A DNA stretch of 64,000 nucleotides from the human T2T-CHM13v2.0 reference genome, Homo sapiens (GCF_009914755.1 NC_060943.1); one strand, 5' to 3'; shown: positions 24,986-63,686, numbered from the stretch's first letter. The notes: a model not told the origin generated them from the letters alone. Program-made: numbers and translations.

Positions 24986-25959
24986 AAATCTCACAGAAGG
25001 AGACCCAGAGCTTCCAGCCTCGCCCAGAGTCTTGGCTCACTCCCTGTGTGTGTGGACCCTAGGGAGCCTCTTCTGTTCCCCACAGAGGTGGAAACTTCCT
25101 CCTTAATAACCCCTTGATGGTCCCAGGCACTGGTGACCACTGAGCTTTGCTCTCTCTTTTTTCTTATGGTTCCCTGTCTACTTCCAGGGCTATCACTTTA
25201 CTTTTTGTGCATTAGACCATGAATAATGTTTTAGAAACATTCTATCAAATTTCTCAGTACTAGGAACAACTGAGGTTTTTGATTGGGTGCCTCAAATGTC
25301 TACCCTTACTGTGGAGTCCAACAACAGGATTCTAACAAGTCCCAACCCCTTCATGCCTTAACCTGGTCTGGAAATAAATTATGTTTAAGCCATCCCATAC
25401 CCCAGCCACATCAAGCCCCACAACCACTCTGAGAAGTGAGATTTATAGCAAAATGCTCCAAACAAGGTAACTAAGGTTCAGACAAGGGATGTTAATGTGT
25501 CCATTTACATAAACAAAAAATGGTAGATGATCAGCTTTCCCTTTGAAATCAGAGTACTAATCTGACTCATTGTTCCCTGAATTTTAGAGGCAGGACCTCA
25601 GGAGGAGCTAAGAATCCTACCCCAGGAAAATTACCAATATCAGAAAGGAAACAATGACATCAGTACAGATCCTACAGAATTCAAAAGATTCTAAGTGGAC
25701 ATTATGAAGACATTATTCAGCTTAGATGAAGTGGTCACATATCACAAGAAAACAAACTGTCTAAAACAATCTCTGAAATACCTAGACATTCCCTGAATCA
25801 TTGAGTTATTAAATAAAATACATTTTAAAATTAAACTCTTTTCAGGAAATAAACTTCAATGTCCCCTAGTGCACTCTCCAAAACATGTAGATAGGAATAA
25901 ATACTGTTCTGAAAGACATTTCCCTGGAATTACAACCATTCAATATATTTTAAAAGGCA

Positions 25960-28900
25960 ATCATAAAAATATAAAAAGGATATATCAGGAGAAGAAATGT
26001 AAATGGCCTAAATTCCCCACATAAAAGGCATAGAGTGGCAACGTGGATAAAAAGCCAAGAGCCAACTGCCTGCTGTCTTCAAGAGACCCATCTCACATGT
26101 AATGACACCCACAGGCTCAAAGTAAAAGGATGAAGAAATATTTACTAGGCAACCAGGAAACAAAAAAAAGGAAGGCATTCCTATTCTTATATCACATGAA
26201 ACACACTTTAAATCAACAGCAATCAGGAAGGACAAAGAAGGGCATTACAAAATGATAAAGGGTTCAATTTGACAGAAGACTTAACTATTCTAAATATATA
26301 TGCACCCAAATTTGGAGCACTCCGATTCATAAAACAAGTTATTCTTCACCTATGAAAAGAGTTAGACAGCCACACAATAATAGTAAGGGACTTCAGTATC
26401 CCACTAACAACGTCAGATGAATCACTAAAACAGAAAACTAACAAAGAAATTCTGGTCTTAAAGACAACACTTGACCAATTGGACCTCATAGACATCTACA
26501 GAGTACTCCACCCAACAACTGCAGAATATAGATTCTTCTTATCTGCACACACAAAAAACATATCATATTCTAAGACTGGCCACAAAGCAAGTCTCAATAA
26601 ATTCAAAGAATCAAAATCATAACAAGGCACACAATAAAAATAGAAAAAAATACCAAGATGATCTCTCAAAACTACAGAAAAACATGGAAATTTAACAACT
26701 TGTTTCTGAATGAATATTAAGAGCCATCTATGACAAATCCACAGCCAACATCATATTGAATGGTCAAAAGCTGGAACTGTACCCCTTGAGAACTCTTGGG
26801 TGAACAATGAAATTAAAGCAGAAATCACAAAACATTATTTAAAATTAATAAAAATAGAAACAAACTTACCAAAACCTTTGGGATGCAGTTAAAGCAGTGA
26901 TAAGAGGAAAATTTATAGCAATACATGCCTCATCAGAAGTTTAGAAAGATCTCAAATTAGTGACTTAACACTGCATCTAGAGGAACTATTAAAAAAAAGG
27001 AACAGTCCAAACCCAAGGCCAGCAAAAGATGAGAAATAACTAAAGTCAGAGAGAACTGAATAAATTGAGACCAAAAAGTCCATACAAGAGATAAATAAAA
27101 CCAAGAGTTTTTCTTTGAAAAAAAATAAACAAAATTCATAGACTGTTAGCTAGATTAACAAAGAAAAAGAGAAAAGATCCAAATAAACACAAATAGAACT
27201 GACAAAACAATGTTACGAACAATCCCACAGAAATAGAAAAGATCGTCAAAGACTATTATGAACACCTCTATACAAACAAGCTAGAAAACCTAGAAGAAAT
27301 GGATAAATTCCTGGTAACACAAAATTTATCATATTTCAACCAGGAAGAAAGTGAAAACCTGAACAGACCAATAACAAGTTCAGAAATTTAATCAGTAATA
27401 AAAACCCTACTAACTAAAAATAGCCCAGGACCAGACGGATTCACAGCCAAAATCCAACAGCCATACAAAGAAGAACTGATACCGATCTTACTGAAACTTT
27501 TGGAAAAAATCAAGGAGTGGGGGCTTCTTCCTAACTCATTCTATGAAGCCATCATCACCATGATACCAACATCTGTCAGAGACATAATGAAAAAAAGAAA
27601 ACTACAACTAAATATCCTTAATGAACATAGACATAAAATCCTCAACAAAATGCTAGCAAATTGAATCTGTCAGTGCATCAAAAGTTAATTCACATGATCA
27701 AGTAAGCTTTATTTTTGGGATGCAAGGTTGGTTCAACCTACAAAGTCAACGAATGTGATTCACCTCATAAACATAATTAAAAACAAAAACTATATGATCA
27801 TCTCAATAGATGCAAAAAAAGCTTTCTGTAAAATCCAACATCCCTTCATGATAAAAACTGTCAATAGGCATCAAAGGAACATACCTCAAAATATTAAGAG
27901 CCATCTATGACAAACCCACAGCCAACATCATATTGATGGGCAAAAGCTGGAACCATACCCCTTGAGAACCGAAACAAGACCAAGATGACCACTCCCGCCA
28001 TTTTAATTCAACATGGTACTGGAAGTCCTAGCCAAAGCAATCAGGCAAGAGAAGGAAATAAAAGGCATTAAAATTGGAAAAGAAGTAGTGATACTGTCTC
28101 TCTTTGCTGATGAAATAATTTTATACATAGAAAACCCTAAAGACTCTGTCAGAAGGCTCCTGAAACTGATAAACAAATTCAATAAAGTTTCGGGATTAAA
28201 AAAATGTACACAAATTAGTAACATTTCTATGCACCACTAACATTCTAGCTGAGAACTAAATCAAGAACACAATTCCATTTACACTAGCCACAAAGAAAAT
28301 AAAATACCTAGGAATCCATCTAACCAAGAAGGTGAAAATTCTCTACAAGGAGAACTACAAAACACTTCTGAAAGAAATAAGAAATGATACAAACAAATGG
28401 AAGAATATTCCATGCTCATGAATTAGGAGAACAAATAGTTAAAATCGCCATACTTCCAAAAACAAATTGCAGAGTCAATGCTATCCATTTCAAAATGCAA
28501 TGTCATTTTTCACGAAATTATAAAAATTTATTCTAAAATGTATTTGGCACCAAAAAAAGAGCCTGAATACACATAGGAATCCTAAGCACAAAGAACAAAG
28601 CCCAGGCATCACATTACCCAACTTCAAACTATACTACAATGCTATAGTAACCCAAACAGCATGATACTACTACAAAAACAGACACATAGACCAATGAGAC
28701 AGAATAGAGAACCCAGAAATGAGGCTACATACCTACAATCATCTTTGAAAAAATTGACAAAAACAAGCAATGTGGAAAGTACCCTTTCTTCAATAAATAG
28801 TTCTGGGATAACTGACTACTCATATGCAAAATAATAGAACTGGACCCCTAACTCTCACTATATACAAAAATTAACCCAAGATAGTTTAAAGATTTAAATG

Positions 28901-30050
28901 TAAAACCTCAAAATATTAAAATTCTAGAAGAAAACCTAGGAAATATCCTTCTCAAGATAGACTTTGGCAAAGAATTTATGGCTAACTCCCCAAAACCAAT
29001 TGTGACAAAGACAGAAATTGGGACCTAACTCAACTGAAGAGCTTCTGCACAGCAAACGAAAGTATCAACAGAGTAAACAGATAACCTACAGACTGGGAGA
29101 AAATATTTGCAAACTATGCATCTGACAAAGTTCTAATATCCAGAATCTATAAGGAATGTAAACAAATCAACAAGCAGAAAACCAAAAAACCTCAATTAAG
29201 TATGACATGAACAGACACTTCTCAAAAGAAGATGTACACATGGCCAAAAAACATATGAACAAATGCTTATTATCAGTAATCATCAGAGAAATGCAAATTA
29301 AAACCACAGTGAGATACCATCTCACAACAATCAGAGAAGCAGAAGCAATTACTAAAAAGTTTTTTGTTTTTTTTAATAACAGATGCTGACAAGATTGTGG
29401 AGAAAAGGGAACACTTATACACTCTTGGTGGGAATGTTAACTAGTTCAGCCAATGTGATAAGCAGTTTGGAGACTTCTCAAATAACTTAAAATAGAACTA
29501 CTATTCAATCAAGCAATCCCACTACTGGGTATATACCAAAAGGAAGGTAATTAACTATGTCAAAAAGACACATGCACTAGTATATTCATTGCTGTGCAAT
29601 TCAGAATAGCAAAGATTTGCAGTCAACCTAAGTGCTCACCAACAGTGGATTAGTTAAAGAAAATGTGCTACATATACACATGGAACATTACATGGCCATA
29701 AAAAATAATGAAATCATGTCCTTTGCAGCAACATGAATGTAGCAGGAGGTCAATCTCCTAAGTGAACTAACCCAGGAACAGAAAACCAAATACCACATGT
29801 TATCACTTATAACTGAGAACCAAACATTGAATACACATGAACATAAAGATGGAAACAACAGATACCGAGGACTACAGATGGGGGGAGGAGTAGGGAGGTA
29901 TAGGCTGAAGAAACACCTGTTGGATTCTATGCTCATTGCCTGGGTGATGGCATTGTTGGAACCACAAACCTCAGAGTCACACAATATGCCTATGTAACAA
30001 ACCTGCATGCATACCTTTAATCTACAGTAAAGGTTGAAGTTATTTAAAAA
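25960..30050 (+). mobile_element. large degenerate LINE-1 (ORF2 endonuclease-RT-C-terminus plus 3'UTR; old L1PA/L1PB-type)
   Basis: ORF fragments [38 protein letters not shown] (RT), [38 protein letters not shown]; many stops and frameshifts. Confidence 0.9.
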
Positions 30051-30357
30051 TAGGAAGAAGAATTACCCTATACCTAAAGCTAAGATTTTTCCCTTTGAAT
30101 ATTCGTTTCTTCATCACTGTAGATAAGCAGGGAAAGAAAAATTATTATACTATACTAGCCTTTTATGTGACCATGAGGATTTGGGGTAGGTAGGTGGACA
30201 GCTTAGATAATTCACCAGGATATTGATACAGGCTCCATGGCTGGAAATAACCAAGGATGAGTGCTGTGTTTTGAGTGGTCTCCCCCAGAAACGTTTGTTG
30301 AAATCCTAACCCCTGGTATGTATGAATGTGAATTCATATTATATAAAAAGGAATAAA

Positions 30358-32601
30358 TAGCCTGAGCACAGTGGCTCACACCTGTAATCCCAGCACTTTG
30401 GGAGGCCAAAGCAGGTGGATCATTTGAGGTCAGGAGTTCTGGCCAATATGGCAAAACTTCATCTCTACAAAAAAAAAATACAAAAAAAAAAATTGGCTGG
30501 GTATGGTGGCGCATGCCTGTAGTCCCAGCTACTCAGGAGGCTGAGGCAGGAATTGCTGAAACCTGGAAGGCAGAGGTTGCAGTGAGCCAAGATCATGCCA
30601 CTGCACTCCAGCCTGGGTGAGACGGCAAGATATTCTGTCAAAAATAAATAAATAAAAAACAGAAGAAGAAATACAAGAATGACAGCAAACTTTGTATTCA
30701 AAACTATGAAAGTAAGAAACAGGTGGACCAACATTTTTAAAGTGCTACAAGAAAATATTTCAAACTAGAATCTTTCAACCTGAAAAGGAAAACATTTTCC
30801 TGCAATAAAGGTGCCATTAAAAATGTCTCACAATTTATTACATGAAGCATTGTTCTACAATAAATGTTAAGCTCTTGAAGCAAAGATTAATGATACCATT
30901 TAGTAACTTGAAATTCAAAAAAGTGGAAGTATCCCAAGAGGCAAATACGTGTGCAATTATTAAATGTTTCATATCAACACCCAACCTTATGCTGTCTACA
31001 TAAGCTGCACTTCAAATACTAATCCACAAGATGTAAATATTGAAAGAATGACATTACCTTGTCATGATAATGCCCAGTGCAAAATATGCTTCTAGTCAGT
31101 TGTATACATAGAATAGGTAAATGTTTGTAATAAAAAGTATTCCTCAATAGAAGTTTCTTAACTCAAAGAATGAAATATTTCACCATGCACATACAAAGAA
31201 GAGATATATGGAGATATGAAGAGGAGTACTTCATAATGACAAAGAGGCAAATTCATAAATAAGACATAATCATCCTAAATGCCTACACACTTAAAGCTGG
31301 AACCTCAAAACACATTAAATTAAAGGCATAATTCAAAACATAATCAATCACATCCAAATTGCAGCTAGAGATAGCAACATTCACCTCACTTCCAGAACAA
31401 GTACACAGAAAATTATTAAGCATATGAAAGACTTGAAAAACATTTGTGTAGGCGGCGGGTGCATAAGGTTGGGTGTTGATATGAAACATTTAATAATTTC
31501 AATAATCCTAGCACTTTGGGAGGCCAAAATGGGAGGATCACTTGAGGCCAGGAGTTTGAGACCAGCCTGGGCACCATAGTGAGACCCCGTCTCTATTTTT
31601 TTTAAATAAAGAAAAACATTTGAATGATTTTTTTCTTAACTGACATTTAGAAAACATCCACCTCAAATCTTCCTAATCCACAAACTTGTCTAGCACCCCT
31701 GGAACATTCACCAAAATAAATTTTTAAATGCTGAATCATAGGTAATATGATAGATGAAACAGTTGAATTAAATTATAAATGTACAACAAGGAAATGCTGG
31801 GGAAATTATCAAATATTTTAAAATTAATAAACACACATAGCAATAAACAATGAGTGGAAGAAAAACATTTCAAAGAAAGGTGGAAAATATTTTGTATCAA
31901 TTAAAAATGAAAACACATCTCGGCAAATGACTGGGGATACAGATAGAACAGCGTTAAGGGACAATAAGCCTCAAATGTCTGTGTTAGAAAAGAAGGAAGA
32001 GCTGAGTAAATAGGTAACTTTCACTTGCAGAAATACTACACATCAGCAAATTAATTCCAAAGTAACGTCGAGGAAAAACATAAAATGGCAAGCAAATATA
32101 TACGTGCATATGTACATACATTCATAAATGACAAACAGGACAGAAAAATCAGTGACATCAATTTTGTTCCTTAGAAGAAACAGGAAAATTGACCCCAAAA
32201 AACTTTCCAGGCCACATTTGGTCATGATGGAAATATTTTGGCACTTCCTGGTTAAGCTCAACACCAACTTGCACCCAAAACCAATAATTTCATTTCTAGG
32301 TAAATATGTCTAATTAATTCAGCATATGTATGCAAGGGATCACACAGAAACACGATTATCAAGGCCCGAGTTATAAAAGAGAAAATCCGGAAACAACACA
32401 AATGTCCATGATAAAAAGAATGGATAATTACATGTTGATAAAGTTATGCATGGACTATTAAACTGCAATCCAAAAGAATAAAATAGAGCTATAAAATTCA
32501 ATATGTATATGGTGTCATAGAAACACAAATGTGAGAAAAAGAAAGAAAAATACAAAATTTATATTTTTTAAAATTTGAAACAACTATATATGTGAGTGCT
32601 T

Positions 32602-32635
<34 letters not shown>

Positions 32636-32978
32636 ACCATATGTATATAAATGCACACATACGCACACATATAGAATGTCCCGGCCAGGCATGGTGGCTC
32701 ACACCTGTAATCTCAGCACTTTGGGAGGCTGAAGTAGACAGATCACTTGAGGTTAGGAGTTCAAGACCAGCCTGGCCAACATGGAGAAACCTCCTCTCTA
32801 CTAAAAGTACAAAAATTAGGTGGGCGTGGTGGTGGGTGCCTGTAAATCCAGCTACTTAGGAGGCTGAGGCACGAGAATTGCGTGAACCTGGGAGGTGGAG
32901 GCTGCAATGAGCCGAGGTCTCACCACTGCATTCCAAACTGGGTGACGAAGTGAGATTGCATCTCAAAAAAAAAAAAAG
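30358..32978 (+). mobile_element. Alus (30358-30660, monomer 31451-31610, 32683-32978) among old L1-like A-rich sequence; (TG)n at ~32606-32632
   Basis: Alu consensus segments, A-rich degraded L1-like sequence. Confidence 0.75.
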
Positions 32979-33094
32979 TTCTAAAAGTTGTGACTTGGGT
33001 GTGGCAGATTGTGACATACTGCCAGCTGCTAGAAATGCTGGGGCAGGAGGATTGCTTGAACTCTGAAGTCAAAGAACAGCCTGGGGAAAATAGC

Positions 33095-33442
33095 ACATGA
33101 AGAAGAGTTTGAATCTCAGATAAAAACAACAAAAATACATCAAAAGTCTTTAATGTAAGCCAAGCATTCAGTCATCTCCTGTATGAGAGATTGGATCTGA
33201 GACGTGTTTTGAGTTGGTTATAGTGAAGGATGCAAGGTGTCAATTCTAGTTGGAACAATTTCCAGGAAGCCATGTTCTGCTCTTGACCAAACAGCCACTG
33301 GGCCTCATGCAAGGTAGAAATAGCCTGCATACGTCATCCTCCCATGATGTGGTCAGCATGTAAACTGCATGAGCCCCTCACAACATCCTGTGTGCTGCTG
33401 AACTGAGCTGGGGCGCAGCCGCCTGTCTGCACCGGCAGCACC
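33095..33442 (+). promoter_or_regulatory. KIR3DL3 proximal promoter
   Basis: Homologous to the KIR2DS2 promoter; STAT/ETS TTCCAGGAA ~33260-33268, CRE-like TACGTCA ~33330-33336, RUNX TGTGGT 33348-33353. Confidence 0.8.
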
Positions 33443-45146
<11,704 letters not shown>

Positions 45147-45540
45147 TGAAGGCGTGAGTCTGCATCTTAGGGCATCGCTCTTCCTCACACCACGAATCTG
45201 AACATGCCTCTCTCTTGCTTACAAATGTCTAAGGTCCCCACTGCCTGCTGGAGAGAAAACACACTCCTTTGCTTAGCCCACAATTCTCCATTTCACTTGA
45301 CCCCTGCCCACCTCTCCAACCTAACTGGCTTACTTCCTAGTCTACTTGAGGCTGCGATCACACTGAGGAACTCACAATTCCAAACATATAAGAGGCTCCC
45401 TCTTAACACGGCACTTAGATACATGCTATTCCACCTTTCCTCATGTTGTTCCACCTTTCCTCAGAGTATCTTTCAGCCTTCTGTCAGCAGTAAAACTTAT
45501 AAATTTTTTTTATAATTTCAATGTAGTTTTCTATTCTTCA

Positions 45541-45546
45541 AGTAAA
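45541..45546 (+). terminator. variant polyA signal AGTAAA of KIR3DL3
   Basis: Aligns with AATAAA at 61729-61734 of KIR2DS2. Confidence 0.55.
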
Positions 45547-45912
45547 CATGTCTGCCCTCATGGTTTCGTCAATGGGACTCTTTTCTTGCCTAAGGCTTCC
45601 GGTGTTATCATTACCACGTCCACATAACCCCATCTGTTCTCCGCTGGGTTCTCACCCCTGGACTCTGAGCTTCTGGAAGCAGGGTGGAGCCTGAATTGTC
45701 TCTGAGACTCCAGTTTCCATCCAAAGATGCAGCACATAGGAGGTTCCAAGGATGGTGAATCAGATGAACAAGTGATATTCTTACTCTCTGCAGATCTGGA
45801 AAGCTGGCAGAGTCATTCCACGATGAAACATTTGTAGAGTCATAGGCCTTGTTAGTCTCATCTCCACAGGGACACGTATCAACACATCATCTTTCATACT
45901 ACTATAAATAGA

Positions 45913-46540
45913 CAGTCACTCCTCCATATCTCTGGGGTTTACACATGTTTATTGAATCAGCAATAAATCAAAAATATTTTGAGAAAAAAAATCCCCGAAG
46001 TTTCAAAAAGCAAAAAACTATGTTGAATCGACACAAATTGAGTGGCGTGTAGGCTGTGTCAGGAATTATAAGTAATCAAGAGATGATTTCATGTATACAG
46101 GAGGATGTGCATGGGTTCTATGCAATTGCTATGCTATTTTTTTTTTTGAGACAGTCTCACTCTCTCACCCAGGCTGGAGTGCAGTGGCGTGATCTCAACT
46201 CACTGCAACCTCCGCCTTCCAGGTTCAAGCGATTCTCTTCCCTCAGCCTCCTCAGTAGCCTCCCCTAGGATTACAGGCACGTGCCACCCTGCACAGATAA
46301 ATTTTTTTGTGTGTGTATTTTTAGTAGAGACGGGGTTTCAGAATGTTGGACCAGCTGGTCTTGAACTCCTGACCTTGTGATCTACCCAGCTCAGCCTCCC
46401 AAAGTGCTGGGATTACGGGCGTGAGCCACGGTGCCCAGCTTCACTATGCCATTTCATGCAAGGGGCTTGAGCATCTGCAGATTTTGGTATCTGAATGGGG
46501 ATCCTGGAACCAATCACCCAGGTATAGTGAAGGACCATGG
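45913..46540 (+). mobile_element. MER2-type DNA transposon split by an Alu (46135-46440, -)
   Basis: cagtcactcctccatatc...tataagtaatc.agagatgattt...cttgagcatctgcagattttggtatc...cctggaaccaatc; repeated at 62098-62725. Confidence 0.7.
46278..46283 (+). promoter_or_regulatory. E-box CACGTG ~1.19 kb upstream of KIR2DS2 (KIR distal promoter region)
   Basis: CACGTG inside the Alu; same site at 62463-62468 before the next KIR. KIR distal promoters are known to bind MYC. Confidence 0.55.
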
Positions 46541-47109
46541 TATATAATTTTTATTTGTCAATCTTAAAAATAAAGCATAAAAAATTTACAACAACAAGAT
46601 AAAAAATAAGAAGTGTTTTTATAGTGTGAGGATAAGTTTAGATTTATTTTTTCCTACGTGTAACCCTATGGTCCTGTGTTATTTGTTGAGAAAATATTCT
46701 ATTCCACCTTAAACTACATGGCAGCCTTTGTCAACTATAAAGGGACTGTGTATCCACAGATGTATTTTAGACACAGTTTTCTGTCCAGTGGTTCTCTGTA
46801 TCCCCTCTCATGAGGATGCTGCATTTTATATAAACTTATAGAACCCCTTAAAATTTGGTAACCTGAGTCCTCTGATTTGTTATTATAGGTTATTTAGTTT
46901 GCTTTTTTTTTTTCTTGAGACAGACTCTTCCTCTGTCACCCAAGCTGGAGTTCAGTGGCTTGAGCTCAGCTCACTGCAACCTCCGCCTCCCAGGTTCAAG
47001 CTATTCTGATGCCTCTGGTTTAGTACTAGAAACTCAAGCAGGAAAATTAGAATGGCTTCTTGTCACAATTACTCTGATAATGTTAATAATACCTGTTAGA
47101 CATTTTGCA

Positions 47110-47466
47110 CATTACATATGAAGAAGAGTTTGAATCTCAGATAAAAACAAAAATACATCAAAAATCTTTAATGTAAGCACAGAATTCAATCATCTCGTGT
47201 ATGAGAGGTTGGATCTGAGACGTCTTTTGAGTCTGGTCGTAGTGAAGGACGCAAGGTGTCAATTCTAGTGAGAACAATTTCCAGGAAGCCATGTTCCGCT
47301 CTTGAGCGAGCACCCACTGGGCCTCATGCAAGGTAGAAAGAGCCTGCGTACGTCACCCTCCCATGATGTGGTCAACATGTAAACTGCATGGGCAGGGCGC
47401 CAAATAACATCCTGTGCGCTGCTGAGCTGAGCTGGGGCGCGGCCGCCTGTCTGCACAGACAGCACC
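47110..47466 (+). promoter_or_regulatory. KIR2DS2 proximal (bidirectional-type) promoter
   Basis: TTCCAGGAA 47279-47287, TACGTCA 47349-47355, RUNX TGTGGT 47367-47372, E2F GGCGCCAAA 47396-47404, CpG cluster. Confidence 0.85.
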
Positions 47467-61354
<13,888 letters not shown>

Positions 61355-61728
61355 TGAAGGCATCAGTCTTCATCTTAGGGCATCGCTCTTCCTCACACCA
61401 CGAATCTGAACATGCCTCTCTCTTGCTTACAAATGTCTAAGGTCCCCACTGCCTGCTGGAGAGAAAACACACTCCTTTGCTTAGCCCACAATTCTCCATT
61501 TCACTTGACCCCTGCCCACCTCTCCAACCTAACTAGCTTACTTCCTAGTCTACCTGAGGCTGCAATCACACTGAGGAACTCACAATTCCAAACATACAAG
61601 AGGCTCCCTCTTAACACAGCACTTAGACACGTGCTGTTCCACCTCCCTTCAGACTATCTTTCAGCCTTCTGCCAGCAGTAAAACTTATAAATTTTTTAAA
61701 TAATTTCAATGTAGTTTTCCCGCCTTCA

Positions 61729-61734
61729 AATAAA
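61729..61734 (+). terminator. polyA signal AATAAA of KIR2DS2
   Basis: AATAAA about 600 nt after the stop codon. Confidence 0.75.
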
Positions 61735-63295
61735 CATGTCTGCCCTCATGGTTTCGGTAACGAGACTCTTCTCTTGCCTAAGGCTTCCGGTGTTATCATT
61801 ACCATGTCCACATAACCCCATCTGTTCTCCATTGGGTTCTCAGCCCTGGACTCTGAGCTTCTGGAAGCAGAATGGAGCCTGAATTGTCTCTGAGACTCCA
61901 ATTTCCATCCAAAGATACAGCACATAGGAGGCTCCAAGGATCGTGAATCACATGAACAAGTGATATTCTTACTCTCTGCAGACCTGGAAAGCTGGCAGAG
62001 TCATTCCACGATGAAACATTTGTAGAGTCATAGGCCTTGTTAGTCTCATCTCCACGGGGACATATATCAACATATCATCTTTCATAATATAAATATACAG
62101 TCGGTCCTCCATATCTGTGGGGTTTACAGGTGTTTATTGAACCAACAATAAATCAAAAATATTTTGAGAAAAAAATCCCCGAAGTTTCAAGAAGCAAAAA
62201 ACTATGTTGAATCGACACAAATTGAGTGGCGTGTAGGCTGTGTCAGGAATTATAAGTAATCAAGAGATGATTTCATGTATACAGGAGGATGTGCATGGGT
62301 TCTATGCAATTGCTATGCTATTTTTTTTTTTTGAGACAGTCTCACTCTCTCACCCAGGCTGGAGTGCAGTGGCGTGATCTCAACTCACTGCAACCTCCGC
62401 CTCCCAGGTTCAAGCGATTGTCTTCCCTCAGCCTCCCCAGTAGCCTCCCCTAGGATTACAGGCACGTGCCACCATGCACAGATAAATTTTTTTGTGTGTG
62501 TATTTTTAGTAGAGACGGGGTTTCAGAATGTTGGACCAGCTGGTCTTGAACTCCTGACCTTGTGATCTACCCAGCTCAGCCTCCCAAAGTGCTGGGATTA
62601 CGGGCGTGAGCCACGGTGCCCAGCTTCACTATGCCATTTCATGCAAGGGGCTTGAGCATCTGCAGATTTTGGTATCTGAATGGGGATCCTGGAACCAATC
62701 ACCCAGGTATAGTGAAGGACCATGGTATATAATTTTTATTTGTCAATCTTAAAAATAAAGCATAAAAAATTTACAACAACAAGATAAAAAATAAGAAGTG
62801 TTTTTATAGTGTGAGGATAAGTTTAGATTTATTTTTTCCTACGTGTAACCCTATGGTCCTGTGTTATTTGTTGAGAAAATATTCTATTCCACCTTAAACT
62901 ACATGGCAGCCTTTGTCAACTATAAAGGGACTGTGTATCCACAGATGTATTTTAGACACAGTTTTCTGTCCAGTGGTTCTCTGTATCCCCTCTCATGAGG
63001 ATGCTGCATTTTATATAAACTTATAGAACCCCTTAAAATTTGGTAACCTGAGTCCTCTGATTTGTTATTATAGGTTATTTAGTTTGCTTTTTTTTTTTTC
63101 TTGAGACAGACTCTTCCTCTGTCACCCAAGCTGGAGTTCAGTGGCTTGAGCTCAGCTCACTGCAACCTCCGCCTCCCAGGTTCAAGCTATTCTGATGCCT
63201 CTGGTTTAGTACTAGAAACTCAAGCAGGAAAATTAGAATGGCTTCTTGTCACAATTACTCTGATAATGTTAATAATACCTGTTAGACATTTTGCA

Positions 63296-63652
63296 CATTA
63301 CATATGAAGAAGAGTTTGAATCTCAGATAAAAACAAAAATACATCAAAAATCTTTAATGTAAGCACAGAATTCAATCATCTCGTGTATGAGAGGTTGGAT
63401 CTGAGACGTCTTTTGAGTCTGGTCGTAGTGAAGGACGCAAGGTGTCAATTCTAGTGAGAACAATTTCCAGGAAGCCATGTTCCGCTCTTGAGCGAGCACC
63501 CACTGGGCCTCATGCAAGGTAGAAAGAGCCTGCGTACGTCACCCTCCCATGATGTGGTCAACATGTAAACTGCATGGGCAGGGCGCCAAATAACATCCTG
63601 TGCGCTGCTGAGCTGAGCTGGGGCGCGGCCGCCTGTCTGCACAGACAGCACC
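63296..63652 (+). promoter_or_regulatory. proximal promoter of the next KIR gene
   Basis: Appears identical to 47110-47466 (offset 16186). Confidence 0.85.
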
Positions 63653-63686
63653 ATGTCGCTCATGATCGTCAGCATGGCGTGTGTTG
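63653..63686 (+). CDS. KIR2DL2: exon 1 of the next KIR gene (leader MSLMIVSMACV), probably KIR2DL2; gene continues beyond the window
   Basis: 34-nt KIR exon 1 with GT donor. Identity inferred only from position after KIR2DS2 and near-identical promoter; diagnostic exons are not in the window. Confidence 0.65.

Noticed and set aside
25960-30050. Active LINE-1 reverse transcriptase
   Set aside because: ORF2 is broken by many stops and frameshifts; no ORF1 or 5'UTR seen
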